DNA of 5,974 nucleotides from a virus (Duplodnaviria; Heunggongvirae; Uroviricota; Caudoviricetes): IMG/VR virus record IMGVR_UViG_2711768068_000006; one strand, 5' to 3'. Shown piece by piece: positions 5,556 to 5,974 of this stretch (position 1 is its first letter; each line of letters starts with the position of its first letter). The notes under the pieces were generated by a model. It saw only the letters and a program-made list of their open reading frames with translations, ran no database searches and was not told where the DNA came from. The position numbers and the translations under genes were made by a program.

Positions 5556-5974
5556 CCGTTGCCCTCATTATCGTTATTCACCACCAGTCGGGGGGGCGGT
5601 GGCACCGCAAAACGGTTAGCCGCTTTTTTCGCGGCATCACCTTTTGCCGATTTTTTACCGGCATCGCCTTTTTTATGGTGCGTGAACTGCGCCAGACGCC
5701 AGGCCGCATCCAGTGCCAGTTTCGGATCAATGCAGAGGTTTTCCACCAGGATCCGCCCCATGGCTTTCACCGGATCGGGAAGACCATCCTCCATATATTC
5801 AATACCAGGAGACATCACCGCGGACGGTGGCATCTCCGGATTGTTTTCGTCCGGCTGTGGTATTGCAGCCACCTCACGGCGACGGGGTTTATCCTCCTGC
5901 TCTGATTTTTTCTGCCGGTAAACAGGAACCTCATCCACCTCCACCGTCTCGCACTGTTTACGGGCTATAAACGC
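5552..5974 (-). CDS. Putative small terminase subunit / DNA-packaging protein, C-terminal portion only (5' end lies beyond the right edge of the window)
   Basis: The minus-strand frame is open from the window edge to a TGA at 5552-5554; the track's GTG at 5944 is probably not the true start. Its stop overlaps the TerL ATG (minus-strand ATGA at 5552-5555), the usual terS-terL coupling arrangement. The C-terminus is Lys-rich and low complexity (KKGDAGKKSAKGDAAKKAA, then PPPP). The TerS identity is inferred from position only; no recognisable TerS motif was seen. Confidence 0.4.
   Translation of the reverse strand, partial: AFIARKQCETVEVDEVPVYRQKKSEQEDKPRRREVAAIPQPDENNPEMPPSAVMSPGIEYMEDGLPDPVKAMGRILVENLCIDPKLALDAAWRLAQFTHHKKGDAGKKSAKGDAAKKAANRFAVPPPPRLVVNNDNEGNG
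5562..5566 (-). promoter_or_regulatory. Shine-Dalgarno (GAGGG) for terL, embedded in the 3' end of the upstream gene
   Basis: Minus strand reads AATGAGGGCAACGG-ATGA, giving 6-nt spacing; the terL ATG overlaps the upstream TGA stop. Confidence 0.55.
5621..5675. repeat. Imperfect 27-28-nt tandem duplication with T-tracts (plus strand), encoding the Lys-rich KGDA(G/A)KK(S/A)A repeat of the TerS-like protein
   Basis: Plus strand reads cgcttttttcgcggcatcaccttttgc followed by cgattttttaccggcatcgccttttttatgg. The four T-tracts are spaced roughly 17, 10 and 18 nt apart. Confidence 0.5.

Noticed and set aside
5620-5637. Inverted repeat gccgc-ttttttc-gcggc on the plus strand as a possible terminator
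   Set aside because: It lies inside the minus-strand coding sequence, has a short 5-bp stem and no trailing U-tract in either orientation. It is better explained as part of the tandem coding repeat.
5316-5921. Plus-strand ORF (201 aa) spanning the terS/terL junction
   Set aside because: It is antisense to the coupled terS-terL junction, has low-complexity Arg/Ser/Gly-rich composition and no start context; it is a shadow ORF.
1-5974. tRNA, rRNA, CRISPR array, integrase, transposase or attachment-site repeats
   Set aside because: No cloverleaf-like segment, repeat-spacer periodicity or recombinase-like ORF is present; the window is fully occupied by packaging and head genes.

Overview
The whole window is one co-directional, tightly packed block of tailed-phage (HK97-like) DNA-packaging and head-morphogenesis genes on the minus strand, read from high to low coordinates. 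In order: the 3' part of a putative small terminase-like gene (5974..5552, runs off the right edge), large terminase TerL (5555..3942), a single ORF fusing an HK97-family prohead protease to an HK97-fold major capsid protein (3878..1941), a possible 73-aa small ORF (1896..1675), the portal protein (1729..365), and the 5' part of a repeat-containing protein (368..1, runs off the left edge). All calls rest on reading the supplied translations for family-typical motifs; no database search was run. I see no tRNA, rRNA, CRISPR array, integrase or transposase in the window. The most notable points are the protease-capsid fusion with an in-frame internal start, a gene order (TerL, capsid, portal) that differs from the canonical HK97 order, a terminator-like hairpin between terL and the capsid gene, and a GC hairpin placed between a strong Shine-Dalgarno and the small ORF start. 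Plus-strand ORFs in the track look like antisense shadows. Coordinates I derived by hand (hairpins, ribosome-binding sites, repeats) may be off by 1-2 nt.
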